DNA of 64,000 nt from Geosiphon pyriformis uo1 (Eukaryota; Fungi; Glomeromycota): positions 2,977 to 66,976 of the forward strand of contig JAAOMT010000047.1 in assembly GCA_016748015.1 (NCBI GenBank). The letters are read 5' to 3'. Below, one piece after another: positions 36,427 to 51,339 of the stretch; within the stretch, counting starts at the first letter, position 1; each line of letters begins with the position of its first letter. The notes beneath the pieces were generated by a model, which was not told the origin of the DNA, did not search any database, and worked only from the letters and a program-made list of their open reading frames with translations. Made by a program: the position numbers and the translations under genes.

Positions 36427-39400
36427 TCAGTTTTTTCTCTTTCTCTAAAAAATTTGGTCAGTGTATCTGTTAAAAAGTTTTTTGTTTTAGATATTGAGTT
36501 GTACAAAGTTACTGAAAAATTATTTTTAGAAAAGCTCAATTTTATTAGAAAGCTGTTTTCAAAAATCAATAGATTCAAAAAAAATTTTGTTTTTTCAAAA
36601 TTTGCTAAAATTATCTGTATAACTTTTACTTCTAACTTAAATATAATACAGGTAACAGAAATAGCAAATACAGTGACCATCTAAGTAAACACTAATCTGA
36701 AAAAATTATTTGTGTATTCAGATCAGACTATAATAATAAAAAAAATACCAATTGAAATATTAGCTAAGACTATATATATATATTGTTTAAGTTTAGAAAA
36801 ATTAAGTTAATTAAAATATAATTAGTATGACTATAGTAAAAGGGTGTAGTTGAGTTTAAATATTTTAATCATATTAATTTAGTTGTAACAAAATAGTTTA
36901 TCTTGATTAGAAAAAATGCAATGCAAGTTGTTAGAACAAATTTAAACAAAAACATATAGGATACAAAGAATTAATATAAAATACTGTTTTATATATTATC
37001 AGTAAAAACAAATATTTATAATATTTAAGATTTTATTAAATCTGTAAATGTATTATAAATTAATATTTAGTTATATATGTTAGAGTTAGGTGTGTAATTA
37101 TTTGTTTTAATTCAAATAAATTGTTAAATACTGTTATAAAAACTAAAAAACACTAATCTAAAATAATCTTAGTTGGACTTTGTTAAGAAATATAAGTTAT
37201 ACTTTTATAAGTTGTATTATAAGTAAGAAAATATTTCTTAATGGCTTTCTTTATAAAATATTATCAAAAGCAGATAAAAGCAAATTGGTTACAATTTATG
37301 TCAAATGTTTGGCATTTATATTTTGTTTTGTTTTTTTTAGAAATGTGTCTTAAACCAAAGTTGTTGGTAAATCTTTGTTTTTTTCTTTTTCTATACAAAA
37401 TAAATTTATGAATTTTGTTTTTTTTGGAAATAAAGCCTATTCTGATTGTGTTAAAAAATTTGAATAATAGATTTGCCACTTTTGAGCACAGTTTTACTAG
37501 TTTTGCAGAGAAGATTGATAAGCTAATTAAGAAATTAAACATATTTGAACCAATAGTTTTTTAGCTTAACTTTAAATGTTAGCTATTAATAACTCTTTTA
37601 TTACAGAATTAAGAAGCATATATAATAATAAATAAGAATTTGAGTGTAATTACTGATAGCAGATTTGTTGTAAAAATAGATTTTTTGGATTTGTTAGTGA
37701 TTTTTAAGTTAAAAGCCAATGTAATAAGTCTTTTAAATATAATTATGGGTTTTTTAACCAAAGTGGAAAATTTTAAGATGAATTTAGAGTCTAAACTTTT
37801 TTAATAATAAATTTGATTTAAAAAGTTGTTACATGCAATATTAGAAAGATGCTAAACAGAAAAATATTATTCAATAACATAAAGACAAAGACAATTCTAT
37901 GTCTATTATTAAAGAAATAAAATTAAAGAATAAAATTTGTCCATAAATCATAAATAAATTTGAGAAAATTAGAGTTTTTACATCAGATTTTGGTTTCAAC
38001 TATTTGAATTCTGGTGTTGTTATAATTATTAACAATAATATTGCTAAACATATTTACAAGGTTTCGGAAATAGCTAGTTAGTTGCTATTAATATGTTTGC
38101 TTTTTAAGAATTATCTTTTGATTCCAATTCTGAGTTTATATGCTAACACTACCTTAGAAAAAAGGCTGATTTAGTTCTGTGATATTAATTATATAGTGAC
38201 TAATGCTTTAAACATCAGTAAATTTGTGGTTTTGAGAGCAATTTCAATGAAAATAATTTTTGTTGTAGTGTGAGTTTCAGAAAATTTATAAATTTGGATC
38301 TATTTAATTTTTTTGGTAGTTTATTATTATATAAGCTTTTTATGTAGTTTAATTTTAGAGAGATTAATAAATGTATTGACTTTGTTCTAATTAGTAAGAG
38401 TCTTCAGAATTCAAATTTTAACTATTGTGTTTACTGTTTGAATAAGTTTTTTAATATTAAATACTTGATTGTATTTGTAGATATTGGTTTTGGAAGTCTT
38501 TTTAACTTAATTTAGTATACAAACAAGCTACCAAAAATAGATGGAAGTTCAAAATTAAAGATATTAACAAAAAAACTTGGAAGAAATTTGAGAATATGTT
38601 ATGAATAACTACTTTAGATGCTGTTATTGAATTTAAAGAATATAAAAAAAAGCATGACATTAATAGTATATGGCATATTTTTATTAAGTAGTTTGCTTTA
38701 TCACTAATGTTATTTTATTAAAAATATGATATTATAGTAATAAAATATTTAAATATGCTGCATTTTTTAAGTTTTACAAGCTAAAACTGTTAATGTTAAA
38801 AATTTTAAAAACAAACAAATCCAAAAATACAAAAATGCTTTAGACTTTGTTTAACAAATAGGTTTGTTTAAATCTTATCTAAGTGACAAATTTCAGAAAA
38901 TCTCTAAACAGCAGTAATAGTAGGATTGTATTTAAATAATTGTTAATTTGTTTTAAAAAGATTTATAGATCTTAAAAAATATTAGAGCCCAAAGCTACTA
39001 AGAAGTCTTGAATCAAAAGTGTTATTGCTAAGTAAATAGAAGCTTTTATTAATAATAAAAATCAAATAATAAAGAGTGTTCTCAAATGATTTTTCAGAAA
39101 AGTTACATTGAATTATCTGGTTAATAATAGTAAATTGGTTTTAAAATCTGATACAATTAAATACAAAGTTAATTCAATAATAAAAAATTAGACCAAAAAA
39201 CATATGATTAATTCTAATATTTTTTATTATTGGCAAAAACAATTCATACCTCTTGGATATATCATAGATGATACATTTTTTGATGTAATATCTCAGATTG
39301 ATTTTAATAAGTTTTTATTAATAGTTATAAATCTTCTTGATAATAAGACTGCTGGATTATTTAGTATTACCAATAAGCTGTGAAAACATAGTAGCAAGTT

Positions 39401-40390
39401 TGTTTTAAAGTGCCTTTTATGTTTATTTAACTCTTGTTTAATGATTGAGTTAGTTTCTAATGCCTAAATAAAAATTTGAGTGTCCATAATTCTTAAGTCT
39501 TATAAATAAAAAATCATTTTGACAAATACTAGATTTATAGCTTTCATTAAGACTTCAAAAAAAAATTTTTTAAAGATTTTATTTGATCATATCTCTACAG
39601 CTTGTTGCAAGTACAATATTTTGTGTGAAGACAATTTTTCAGTTCTAAAAGACATTTCAACTCAATTTTCTATCTTTGTTATTGAATTTGTGGTCAAAAA
39701 TGTCTTGAAAAAATATGAAAAAATATAGTTAATACTTCAAAATATGTGTAAAACATATAACTTAATGGGCTAAACACATCTGAAAAATAGTTTAACATAT
39801 ATTAAAATGTATAATAAGTTTATTAAATTCTTTGGTCGAATTTATAATGGTTGTATAAATAAACTCATGACAGATTTTGGTTTGTTTAAAGATTATAAAA
39901 TTCATAATAGATTAGATCAAAATAAAGTTTTTTCACCTCTTTTTTGGAGAATTTTTTATAATCTTCTTTTATATAAGATAAAAAAACAGAAATTTTTTTT
40001 TAAGTATTAAATTAATTTTAAATTTATGGCTAAGACTGGCAGAATTAAATCAAATTTCTAGATTAACTTTTTATTTGACTGTTAATGCTTTTATAGATAG
40101 TATAATTTAGATTAGCAATTGCTATACAATAACACAAAACATCTTGAATATTGCTAGCAATTTCTTTAATATTATAGATATTTTAATTAATACAGACAAA
40201 ATAGTGGCTATTTGAATTAATTCAAAAACATGTGATTTTTTTTAAGCATAAGTGGGGCATCTATTTTTATTGTAAAGGTAAATAAAATTCATTATTACTT
40301 AGACATTTTTTATTAACCAAAAGTTTTTTTAATCCAAGTTTGAAAAAAATTGACTCTGATATAAAGTTTTTTTCTTTCATAATTTTGTGT

Positions 40391-43300
40391 TGTTACTTAT
40401 AGAAATTAAGAATTATAATAATAGATAAAAAAATAGCCTCAAAAATAGACATAATAAAATGGCAAATTGCAAAATTCCGAATTTCAAAATTTTCTTAAGA
40501 AATTGCAAAATTTCCAAAAATTTTGTATAACACAAATTATGTATATATAGCAAAAATATTAAAAACAGAAAAGTATTCAGAATTTGATAGAGTTTAAAAC
40601 CCTAATACTTTCTCTTTAAAAAATAGTTTTCTATAACTTAAAGTGAAAACACATTAATATCAATAAAATATCTAATTAATATTCAATTTATATTATTATT
40701 ACTTAATTAAGAATAGTAATCAATTTTACACTATCAATTTTCTATGTTAATAAAATCTAATACTTAACTATATTGAATCAATAATTCTTGATTACAGCTA
40801 TAAACAAAATACTAATTTTTTATTTTTTTTTATTTTTTTTGTTTTATTTTTTGTTTATTAATTAATTAAAAAAAAATTAAGTACTAAGTAATTAATATTA
40901 AAAATAACTTGGTAAAAGACCTGAAAATAAGAGTAAAAATTTAAGAATAGCTTACAAAAAGAGCATGACTGTCAGAATAAACCAGCTATTATGCTGAAGA
41001 AAAATATTTATAAAAGAAACTATTAATTAAATCTTTGTTTATTATACAAAAAACTTAACCAAAACTTTTAGACTCCAAAATCTTTAAAAACCACTATTAT
41101 TAACAATTATTGAGCACTAAGTTATAGGTTTTTTGTTTTAATACTCTAAATAATTATTATTAATATTTGGTGCTTTCTATAAGATATAATTTAACAAAGA
41201 ACTAGTATTAATATTAATTATTTAGAAAAATAACAGATTAAGAAATTATAGAAGAAAATTATTTAGGATTTAAAAATTCTTATTTTAATATTATCAAATC
41301 TATCTTGAACTGACAAGTAACTATTGGCTAACAGAATTAGCTTTCAATTATTATGTCAATAAAAAATTAAATTCTACTTAGAAAACCAAGAAAATCCAGA
41401 AACCACTCTTAACAATTTCTATAGTAAATTATTCTAAAACATTATACTTTTACCAAACTATTTGTTTGTATTATTAATTACAAAAATAAGCAGAAAAATT
41501 GAAAATTACATCCAACTGAGATTTTTTATTATCTTTACAGACAAAGAGAAATTACAAACTTTAGCAAAAACACTTAAAAAAATATAACCACTTACTTGGA
41601 AGAAACCAAAAGTTGTTTCATTAATTTATCTATCATACTATTATATACTAAAAAGTATTATCTACATATTATTAAGATCTACATTATTATCAACTATAAA
41701 AACACTATTATTTTAAGTTCCATTCCAAAATAATCAAAAGAAAGCCAAATTATTAGAAAATTTAAATTGTGACCAACAATACTATTAAGACTTTGATTAC
41801 TGTTACTTTAATCAAATTTCGAATCTACCAATCATTAAAAAAAAGATAGTAATTAAGAAAATAATAATCAAAACACAATCCCAAATAATCTATTAATTGT
41901 ATTAATTACTGCATAATAACAACAAGCTTAATAATAATTGCAATAACAACTGCAACAATAACCACTTGTACTAATAGCATATATACTTATTACCAAACAA
42001 AAAAAATTTATTAACAAAAAAACAACATTCAAGCATAATTAAACAATGTAGAAAAAATCATTACAGTTAATAAATAAAATAATACTAGAGCAATTTAAGT
42101 CATTTTATACTTTCTTTAAAACACTGTTAACTTATGATATTAAAATCTTATAACCAAATCTCAGGATTTCAATGTATTTAAAACTGTATTTTTATAACAT
42201 TTTAGCAATAATAATAATCTAAATCACTTGTTAATTAGTTTTATTATTATTAAACAAAATGATATTAAAGCAGTTACCATTTACTTGGAATGTTTCAACA
42301 GAAATTTGCACTAAATTCAGGCAATTCAAGCTGATTACTTTACAGAAACACAGATGTTAAATTAGTTTATTTATAGATTACACAATAGCTTATTACAATA
42401 AATATGTTCAATGTATTCAAATACTCTTTAAGATACAGTCACTCATACTAAAAATTTTAAATCAGTCAAACTTAAAGCCAACTATGTCCAAGCTGTAAAT
42501 TTAATAATGAATAGATTATCTGAATTGAATACCAAATTGAAACAATTTGGCAAAGTCATTAATCAGAAAATTGAGAAATATTTAGCTAAAAATCAAGCCA
42601 TTTATTAGTCTCTATAATATTATAACAATTATAGAAACTTTAATTATTTCTAAAATCAATTGTGTTTATTATCCTCATTAGTTAATTAATTATGACAGCA
42701 AAAGACATGTATTTGTCACTATTGTGATAAACAAAGACACTTAAAATTAGAATATTACTTAAGGTTAAATAACCAACAATCAGGAAATCAATATCAAAAT
42801 CTTAATAACTGGTTTCAAACTTTGAATTATATTCAGAATCAGAAACAATATCTATTACATTATGCATTAATGATACAATAATCAATATACTCACTTTCAG
42901 TATATCAAACTTTAATATCAATAATCTATTAGCTGTAACCACAAATTATCTATCAACTCCAACTAATTTAAATACTACTTTAAAACTTAGTTCAAATATT
43001 AAATAGCAACCAAAGACTAAGAATTACTTACATACAGCAAAATTGGAGATTGACAATAATAATATATTAACTAATTCCTAGTTTTTCTAACTAGCTATTA
43101 GAATCATGCCAGCAGAGTTTTGAAAGTGGATACATTCAAAACCTAAATTTCCAGAATTATTTAAGTCTCTTAGTTATCCCAAAAACTAATACATCTAACA
43201 ACTTGTAAAGTTTATAAATATTATTTATAAACAACATCTCACTAGCAATCATTATTAAAGATAAATTATTCACAACCATATTTTTTTTTAAGTTAAAAAA

Positions 43301-46300
43301 ATCAACAATGTCATTTCTATTTAATAGAACTGTTTTAAATATCAAACTTATTACAATTATATACACAGATATTAAAGTTGATGGCTATTCTATCAAACTA
43401 ATCTTTGATAATAAATTAGCAAACAGCATTATTACATGACAATTCATAGACCAATTAGATCACTGAATTAATCACATTGCTAGTGTTAGAATTATTATAG
43501 CCAATGAAACAATAAAAACTTCCATTGGCAAAATTAATGACTTTTCTTTCGAAATCAATAGCATTATCACACTAATCAAAGTTCTAATAATAGAAATCAT
43601 GCAGTATCAAGTTTTTGTTAACAATAATTGGCTGTTCAAAATAAATGCTGTATTTGACTAGAATGCTCAAAAGCTCTAGTTAATATTTAATGATCAGCAT
43701 ACTTAAGTGTCTGTTACTTGTAGACACTTTAAAGTTTCTTCAAAAAAACAACTATTGATTAAGTTAGAGAAAGAGAAAAAAAACTTACTTAAAAAGCCTA
43801 TCAAGTTTCATAAACTGAAAACAAGCACAATAAATTATTGTTAATACTTTCTTAAGATAATAAAAGAAAAAAAAAGAAAAAAAACAAATTAAAAGCCACT
43901 ACAGCTACCAAAAAAATACTCAGTGAATAGAATAGATCATATTTTGTAAATACAAAAAAAAACTGCCATATATTTTACTTAAATATATCAACTATAATAA
44001 AAAGCTTTCTTCTATGGAAGCTTGAATTTTGTCCAAAGAAAACTATTGAACATGTACTTATTACTATTGCAAACTGTATTATATGAAACGTTTTAGTTAT
44101 CTTAAGTGATAAAAAAAATGAGACAATGAATCTATGTTTTGTTTGTAAAAAAATACTACTTAATAAAGAAATATAAAATAATATTTCTGGTTAAAAAAGA
44201 ACATGTAATACTTCATATAAATACACAATTTTTATCAGCAATTAAATAAGTCAAGAAACACTTTTAAACACTATATAAAACCAAGTACTTTTATGATTAG
44301 ACAACTACTCACACAATAAAAACAAAATCTAGAAAATGGTAAGTGTTAAAATCAAAGACACTTCACACAGCAAAATACTTGTCATTAAAAACAACTTACC
44401 AGAACCTGTTAAAATCGTTCTTATTTCCAATCCAGATGTATTTATTGATATCCTAAACATTCAAAACAATTCTATAAACACTATCAAGATTTAGCACTTA
44501 CCAGAAAAGAGCAAGAACAGCATTTGGAACAATTAAACACAAGACTTTGTAAACATTGCCTAATTTTCAGTGATTTTGAATATTATAACAATTTTGACTT
44601 CATTTATAATCTACTATTATACATAATCTATTTAATTCTTAAAAAAAAAGACCAATTAGTAAATATATATTAGAATTGGAATCAAAATTTAATTTCAATT
44701 TAAACTTTAATAACAACAACAACAATTCCAATACTATTTACTATGACAACAATAATGACAATAATTCAAACTCTAATTACAATTCTGAACAATATATTAC
44801 ACTTTTAAATCTTTCCAAAGAGCAAGAACTTAAATAGTTTAGCAATAATAATAAAAATATTACATTAAAGCATATATATAATACTAATACAGAGTTTGAT
44901 TTTAGATACTCAGAAAAAACTACCATTAGATTAAAACCTTATTTACATATTAGTATAGATTTGAAAATAGCACTGAAAATTTCAACAACAATAGTTCAAT
45001 TAGTTTTTAGATATAGTATAGTAAAAAAAGAGATTAATATTAAAGAAGAAATAATTAATGCAGAATATATAGAAAATATTATTGCAATACTACAAAATAA
45101 CTCAGAAAAAAATATACTATTAAACTAAACAAAAAGATAGCACAGACAATATTCTTATCTTTGATTAAAATAGCTTAATTAATATTAATAAGAACAAGAA
45201 AAAAGTTAGAGATTATAGCAAAAAAGATAAAAAAATTTAGATCTATAGATAAAGTAAAAATACCAGTCAATATAACAAAAAAAAAACCATTAATAAAAGA
45301 GAAATTATTTCTATTTGTTACTTAATTTCTATTCTATTATATAACTAGTACATAATAGTTATAAAGAGAAAAGTAAAAGATTAACCCCAAATTTTTGAAG
45401 CTGAAACAAATATTTGTGAATCAGAAAAAGTTGGCATTATCAATTTTTACATATCAATTAAGAACCATAAATACATTAAGATTCCAATATATAATACAAC
45501 CAGAAACCCCATAAAAATACCAAATAGAACCACTATCAGATATTTAAGCACTGAAGTTAAAAGCTGGTTACTAATTACTATTTTAAACTTTTTACAACTG
45601 TATAGATATGTAGATATTATATCACAACCATATATGAACAAAAAAAATGTTATTTGTTACAATCAAAATAATTAAAACAAATAAACTTAAAAAATTTAGA
45701 TCCACTTTAATATATATAATTTAAGATACTACTTAACAAGTTTACTAATATTTTTGTCAATGAAAATAAATTTGACAGAACTAATATTATTTAATATTAG
45801 ATAAAGACTAAAGAAAGATGTCATACCAATCAAGAAATAAGTATATAGAGTACTATTAACCAGTCATAAAATTATCTAACAAAAAATCAACCAAATATTG
45901 GACAATAAATTAACTTAATTATTAATAAATTTATAGTTATTACTAGTGGTATTTATTCAGGAAAAAAATAAAAAGATCTACTTTTGTGTGGACTATCAAA
46001 AACTCAATAGTATTACTTTTGAAGACAGTTATTTGACTTTATAAATACAGAAATTATTTAATGCTTTTGGAGAAAAAAAATTGTTTTTAATATTAAACTT
46101 AAATAATAGTTATTGATAAATAATTATAAATTCAGCTAATAAAAAAAAAACAGCATTTACTACAAAAGAAAAAAATCTTGAATTTGATATTATGCTATTT
46201 GACTTAACCAATGTCTCAGCTATTTTCTAACAGCTTATAGAAATTGTCTATATTAGATTACTATAAAAATTTATAGTAGTTTACTTAGATGACATTAATA

Positions 46301-49300
46301 TATTTTTTAAAACATTTGATAATTATTTCTATCATTTTCAATAAATGTTTAAAAAGTTATAAAAAGCTGAATTGAAATTAAATACAACCAAATGCTTCTT
46401 TAACAAAACTGAACTCAAGTTTTTAGGATATGTTGTAAACAAAAACAGCATAAAAACAGATCCAAATAAAATTAAAATAGTTAAAAACTTTTTAGTACCA
46501 ACAAATTTTATAGAATTAAGAGCATTCTTGGAATTTGTAAAATACTATTGTTGTTTTATCCAAAACTTTTCCAAATTGATTCAATTACTTTACCAGCTTT
46601 AAGCAAAGAATATTAAATATGAATAAACTAAAACCTAAAAAAAAGCTTTTAATATCTTGAAAAGAAAGCTTATTTAAGTTTTAGTACTAATTTATTTAAA
46701 TTATAGCAAGCCATTTATTATTACTACTAATGTATTTAATTAAGCATTAAAAGTCATATTGTTACAAAAAAAAGCAGATAGATAAAAATATCTAATAACA
46801 TATGTCAGCCAAAGTTTAAGTTCAGCTAAAAAAAACTATAGAACTCTAGCATTAAAACATTTAACTATCTATTAGATTGTTATTAAATAGAAAGAATACT
46901 TAAGCCAAAAGTTTAATGTATATACTAATTACAAAGAATTGACATCAATTTAAAAGCAAAAATTTGAAAATAATTGTCATGCAAAATAGAAAATAAAATT
47001 ATTACTATTTAATTATACTGTATATTATAAAAAATAAAAATAAAAATGCCAACAGTTTGTCACAAATAAGACAAATTTAAAATACTTTAATCCAAAAATA
47101 TAATAAAAAATAAACACACAAAAATATCAACAACTCCAATATTATATCAATACTCAATAGTTCAAAGAAAAATTATCTCAAAAAAAACAAAACAACATAA
47201 AACAACAATCAAAATATTTTATTACTTAACAAAATATACTATATTAGAAAAACAGAAAAGATTTAGATTAATCACTTAGAGTAATCACAAAATCAGAAAA
47301 AAAATAATACTGTTTAATATGTACTCAGATTCAACAGCAGAACATTTTCACAAAGAAACAACCATAGAAAAAACCAAACAAAAATATTACTAATCATCTA
47401 TGTATTCAAATATTATTCAATATATTCAAAATTGTAATGCTTATTAAAGAAAAAAAGAAACCAAATTCAGTGAACTGCTAAGACCAATTAAAATAAAACA
47501 ACTATTTGATTAAATTAGAATTGATTTAATTGAACTATTAACTATTAGCAGAGACAATAAATATATAACAGTAGTCATAAATTATCTTATAAAATAACCA
47601 AAAGCAAAAGTAATTCAAAGAACAAATACAGAATTTATAGCCAAATTCATCCACCAAGATTTAATTTATTAACATAAATGTTAAAAAAAATTATTATCAG
47701 ACCAAAAAACTCACTTTGTAAACAAAACATTAACAAAATTAAATCAAATATTTAGAATTAAAAAACTATTATTATTACCATATTATCTACAAACAAATAA
47801 CTTAGTCGAAAGATTCAACAGAATATTGTGTAGAACAATAACTAAAATCAGCCAAAAAAACCAAGACAAATAGAATTTATTTATATTATTAGTATTATTT
47901 GCTTATTAAACAATAAAGCAAAATATTATACAAGTAATATTATTTGAATTTATTTATAATAGAACAGCAATATTACCAGTTGAGATAGATATAAATACAT
48001 ATCTAACAGAATTAATAACAAAAATTAACTTTCAAAGAACATTATTGAAAAGAATATATAACTTTAAAAGTCACAAGCAAAACAAAAAAAACAATACAAT
48101 AATTAATTATCAGATAAACCAGTTAAATTCAGGATTGAAAACAAAGTACTCTTACATTATATTAAAACAGAAAAACAATAGAGTAGAAAATTTAATTTTA
48201 AATAAAATAAATCATTTTACATTAAAAAAATTCTTGAAAATGAAACTTATAAATTAAGATGAAACAACAAAATTTTAGCTAAAACAGCACATAAAGATCA
48301 ACTAAAATCATATCACAATATAGTATTATTATCTATTAATAATATTTCACAATTAAAAGTACAACAAATACTAATCTAACCAAATAAAATTTCATAAAAT
48401 CTAGAACCAATTATAATTATTAACACAAACATGTTAAATTGATTTATAAGAACAATATATAAAAAACCAATACACATAACAAAAACAATTAAAAAAATAG
48501 AAATTACAAATAATATTCAATTATTAACACAACAACTATTTCAATTGATCAAACATTAAAGCTAAATATAAAAATTACAATCAATTAACAAAATAAAAAC
48601 TTTAATATAAAATACAACATAGAGTATACAGAAGATATAAAAACATAGTAGAAAATATAATAAAAAAAGTAAAAACATCTATAGAAATATCAAAGACAAT
48701 TGTATTATACAAAAAATTAACAGAAGAAAATTAAAAATAGTAAACACAACAATTTTCAAAAAACTTTTGCTATTATTACTTGGGACAAAAGCTGAATATC
48801 CAAAACTTATATACAAATAAAACAAAACAGATGTTTAATATAACAATATTACAATAACTTAAACAATTTATGAAAAAAAACAATATATCTACATAGGTAC
48901 AAGCAATATACTGATTATATACAGAATTCTAAGACTGTCCAAAAATACTGCTATATCTAATAATGAATATAGTAATTATCAACCAATTGGAAAAAATTAC
49001 CAATATCTAATTTAAAGAATTACAGACCAATATTGCCCAAGTAATTTTTGAAAAAAAAGTTATGGAATTAATCCAAGAGAATAATTTAAAAGATTTAGAA
49101 AATTTCAATAGAGCTCTATGTTAAAAAAAAGAATAATATTACTTATAAAAATTAGGAATTATAATAATAGATAAAAAAATAGTCAATCAGAAATAGATAT
49201 TGTAAAATAAAAAATTTCAGAATTTTTTTGGAGAATTGCAAGATTCTTAGAAATCTTATATAATACAAATTATGTATATATAGTAAAAGTGTTAAAAACA

Positions 49301-49703
49301 GGAAAGTATTCAGAATTTGATAGAGTTCAGAATCCTAATATTTTTTCTTTAAAAGATAGTTTTCTATAACTTAAAGTAAAAACACATTAGTATTAATAAA
49401 ATATCTAATTAATATTCAATCTATGTTATTATTACTTGATTAAATAGTAATCAATTTTATATTATTAATCTTTTATGTTAATAGATTCTAATATTTTCCT
49501 ACATTAAACCAATAGCTTTTAATCATAACTATTGAGAGAATACTAATTTTTTATTTTTTTTTCTTATTTTTTTTTAATTTTTTTTGTTTTGTTCTTTGTT
49601 GTTTATTAATTGATTAAAAAAAATTAAGTGTTGGATAATTAACATTAAAAATAGTCTAATAAAAGACTTGAAAATAAGAATAAAAATTTAAGGATAGTTT
49701 ATC
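40391..49703 (+). mobile_element. Second, more decayed Ty3/Gypsy element of the same lineage; 3' LTR truncated
   Basis: LTR 40391-41165 is repeated at 49137-49703. PBS at 41168. Colinear gag, PR (about 43400), Cys-rich insert (43980-44620), dUTPase (44858-45250), RT (VVYLDDINI at about 46280), RNase H, IN and 3' ORF. Confidence 0.93.
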
Positions 49704-51339
49704 TAAAATTCAATTAAATACTTGTTTAAAAATTAGATTCAAAAGTCTTAAAATTGTCTATTGGATTAATTTTTAACAAAAAAACAAATTAAGTAAAAAA
49801 AAGAAATTAAGATTACAATAATTTAAGTTATTTTTATTATATATATAAAGTATTTTTTTAATCATTATAGCAAATATAAATAATTAATTATACAGTAATA
49901 AACAAAGTAGATTTTAATAATCTTATAAAAAACATACTTTTTATATTTAATTAAATACTAAATATTTAAAAAAAATTCGATTATTTTTATTAAAACTAAA
50001 TGATATTTTAGACTAAATTTTAATACAAATTACATCATAGATTGTTCTTAGAAATAAAATTTTTGCAAAAATAACAAAAATTGATTAGTAATTTAAAATA
50101 TATTTAATAAATTACAAGAATTGTTTAGAAAAGACATTTGAATAAAAAAAGTTATCTATATGGCTTTTAAAAATTATAGTTTAAATTTTGAAAAAAGATT
50201 TTCCTCATTAAAATAAACCAAGTATGACAAAAAAATGGCTTCATTTCATATGTAATTAACAATATTGAAAAAAATTAGATAATATTTATGCTGCAGAACA
50301 TAAACTATTATCTTTATATTTTTTAAAAGATAAATATTAAATATCTAGATGATAAATTTGTGATACATATTTTTTAGATAAAACTTTTGTGTCTAAATGT
50401 ATTTTCTAATTTTGGATAAACATCAAGAATAAGATAAATTGATTTTTAAGTTTAAAAACAAAACTGCAATGAAAAAAAATATTGCATAGAAAATTTTGAA
50501 AAACACCAATAAATAAATTTTCTGCTGAAAACACTTGCCTAGTTTGGCAATCTTTTAGGATTAATTTTAACTTTTTTAACTTTTTTGCTTTAAAATAAAA
50601 GAATATATTCACATAATATACAAGAAAATTAGATTTATTTTATTTTATCTTAGAAAGTTTTTTTTAAGTTTATTGTAAAAAAACTTTTTTGAATATTATC
50701 TATCTTACAAATTGGTATTCTTACTTTTATATTAATTTATTTATATTCAAAAGTCTTTGTAATCTGGCTTACATTCAAAAAATTAAATTTGGCTAATCCA
50801 ATATTTTTATAGAAAAATGCCATAGTATCCAAGTTAGCTGTTATATATTTCTCGTTTATAATTATTTCCATAAAATTTTACACTTACAATTTTCTAATTT
50901 TGAATGAAATAATATTTTGAAAACATTTACATATTGAAAACAGAAATAAGTATGAGCATTCCAAAATAGTTGGTAATATATAAGTTGTTTATTCAGATTT
51001 GTGCTTTGATTTAAAATAAGATCTTGACTCTATAGTGGCTTTTAGAGTTCATTCTATGATAGTACAGCAATATGATATAAATAAATTTTTTATAAGATTG
51101 TATATTGTACTATTAATAATATTTAGGTAGTTTACAGCAGTTGAAATTCACAATGTTTAAAGTAAACATATAAAATAATTATTTAAATATTCATATTAAT
51201 GAAATATTCAGAACAGGATATCTGACTTTATGCAAAATTTTATATCCTAAATCTCACATGTTTGCATGTATTTGAGTGTATTTATTTTTAAGCTTTTTTT
51301 TTTACTGTTTTTTTTTGTGTTTTTCTTTTGAATTTGTTT

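Larger units (their letters stand above)
24700..40390 (+). mobile_element. Decayed LINE (ORF1 plus APE endonuclease-RT ORF2) split by three LTR insertions
   Basis: ORF1 pieces 24947-25037, 26014-26283 and 36427-about 37800 join across the insertions (...NILFNVFS|VFSLSLKNLVSVSVKKFFVLDI). APE start TCNIR at about 37830. RT motifs KTAGLFSITNKL, TRFIAFIKTSKK and DNFSVLKDISTQ at 39340-40100. Confidence 0.85.
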
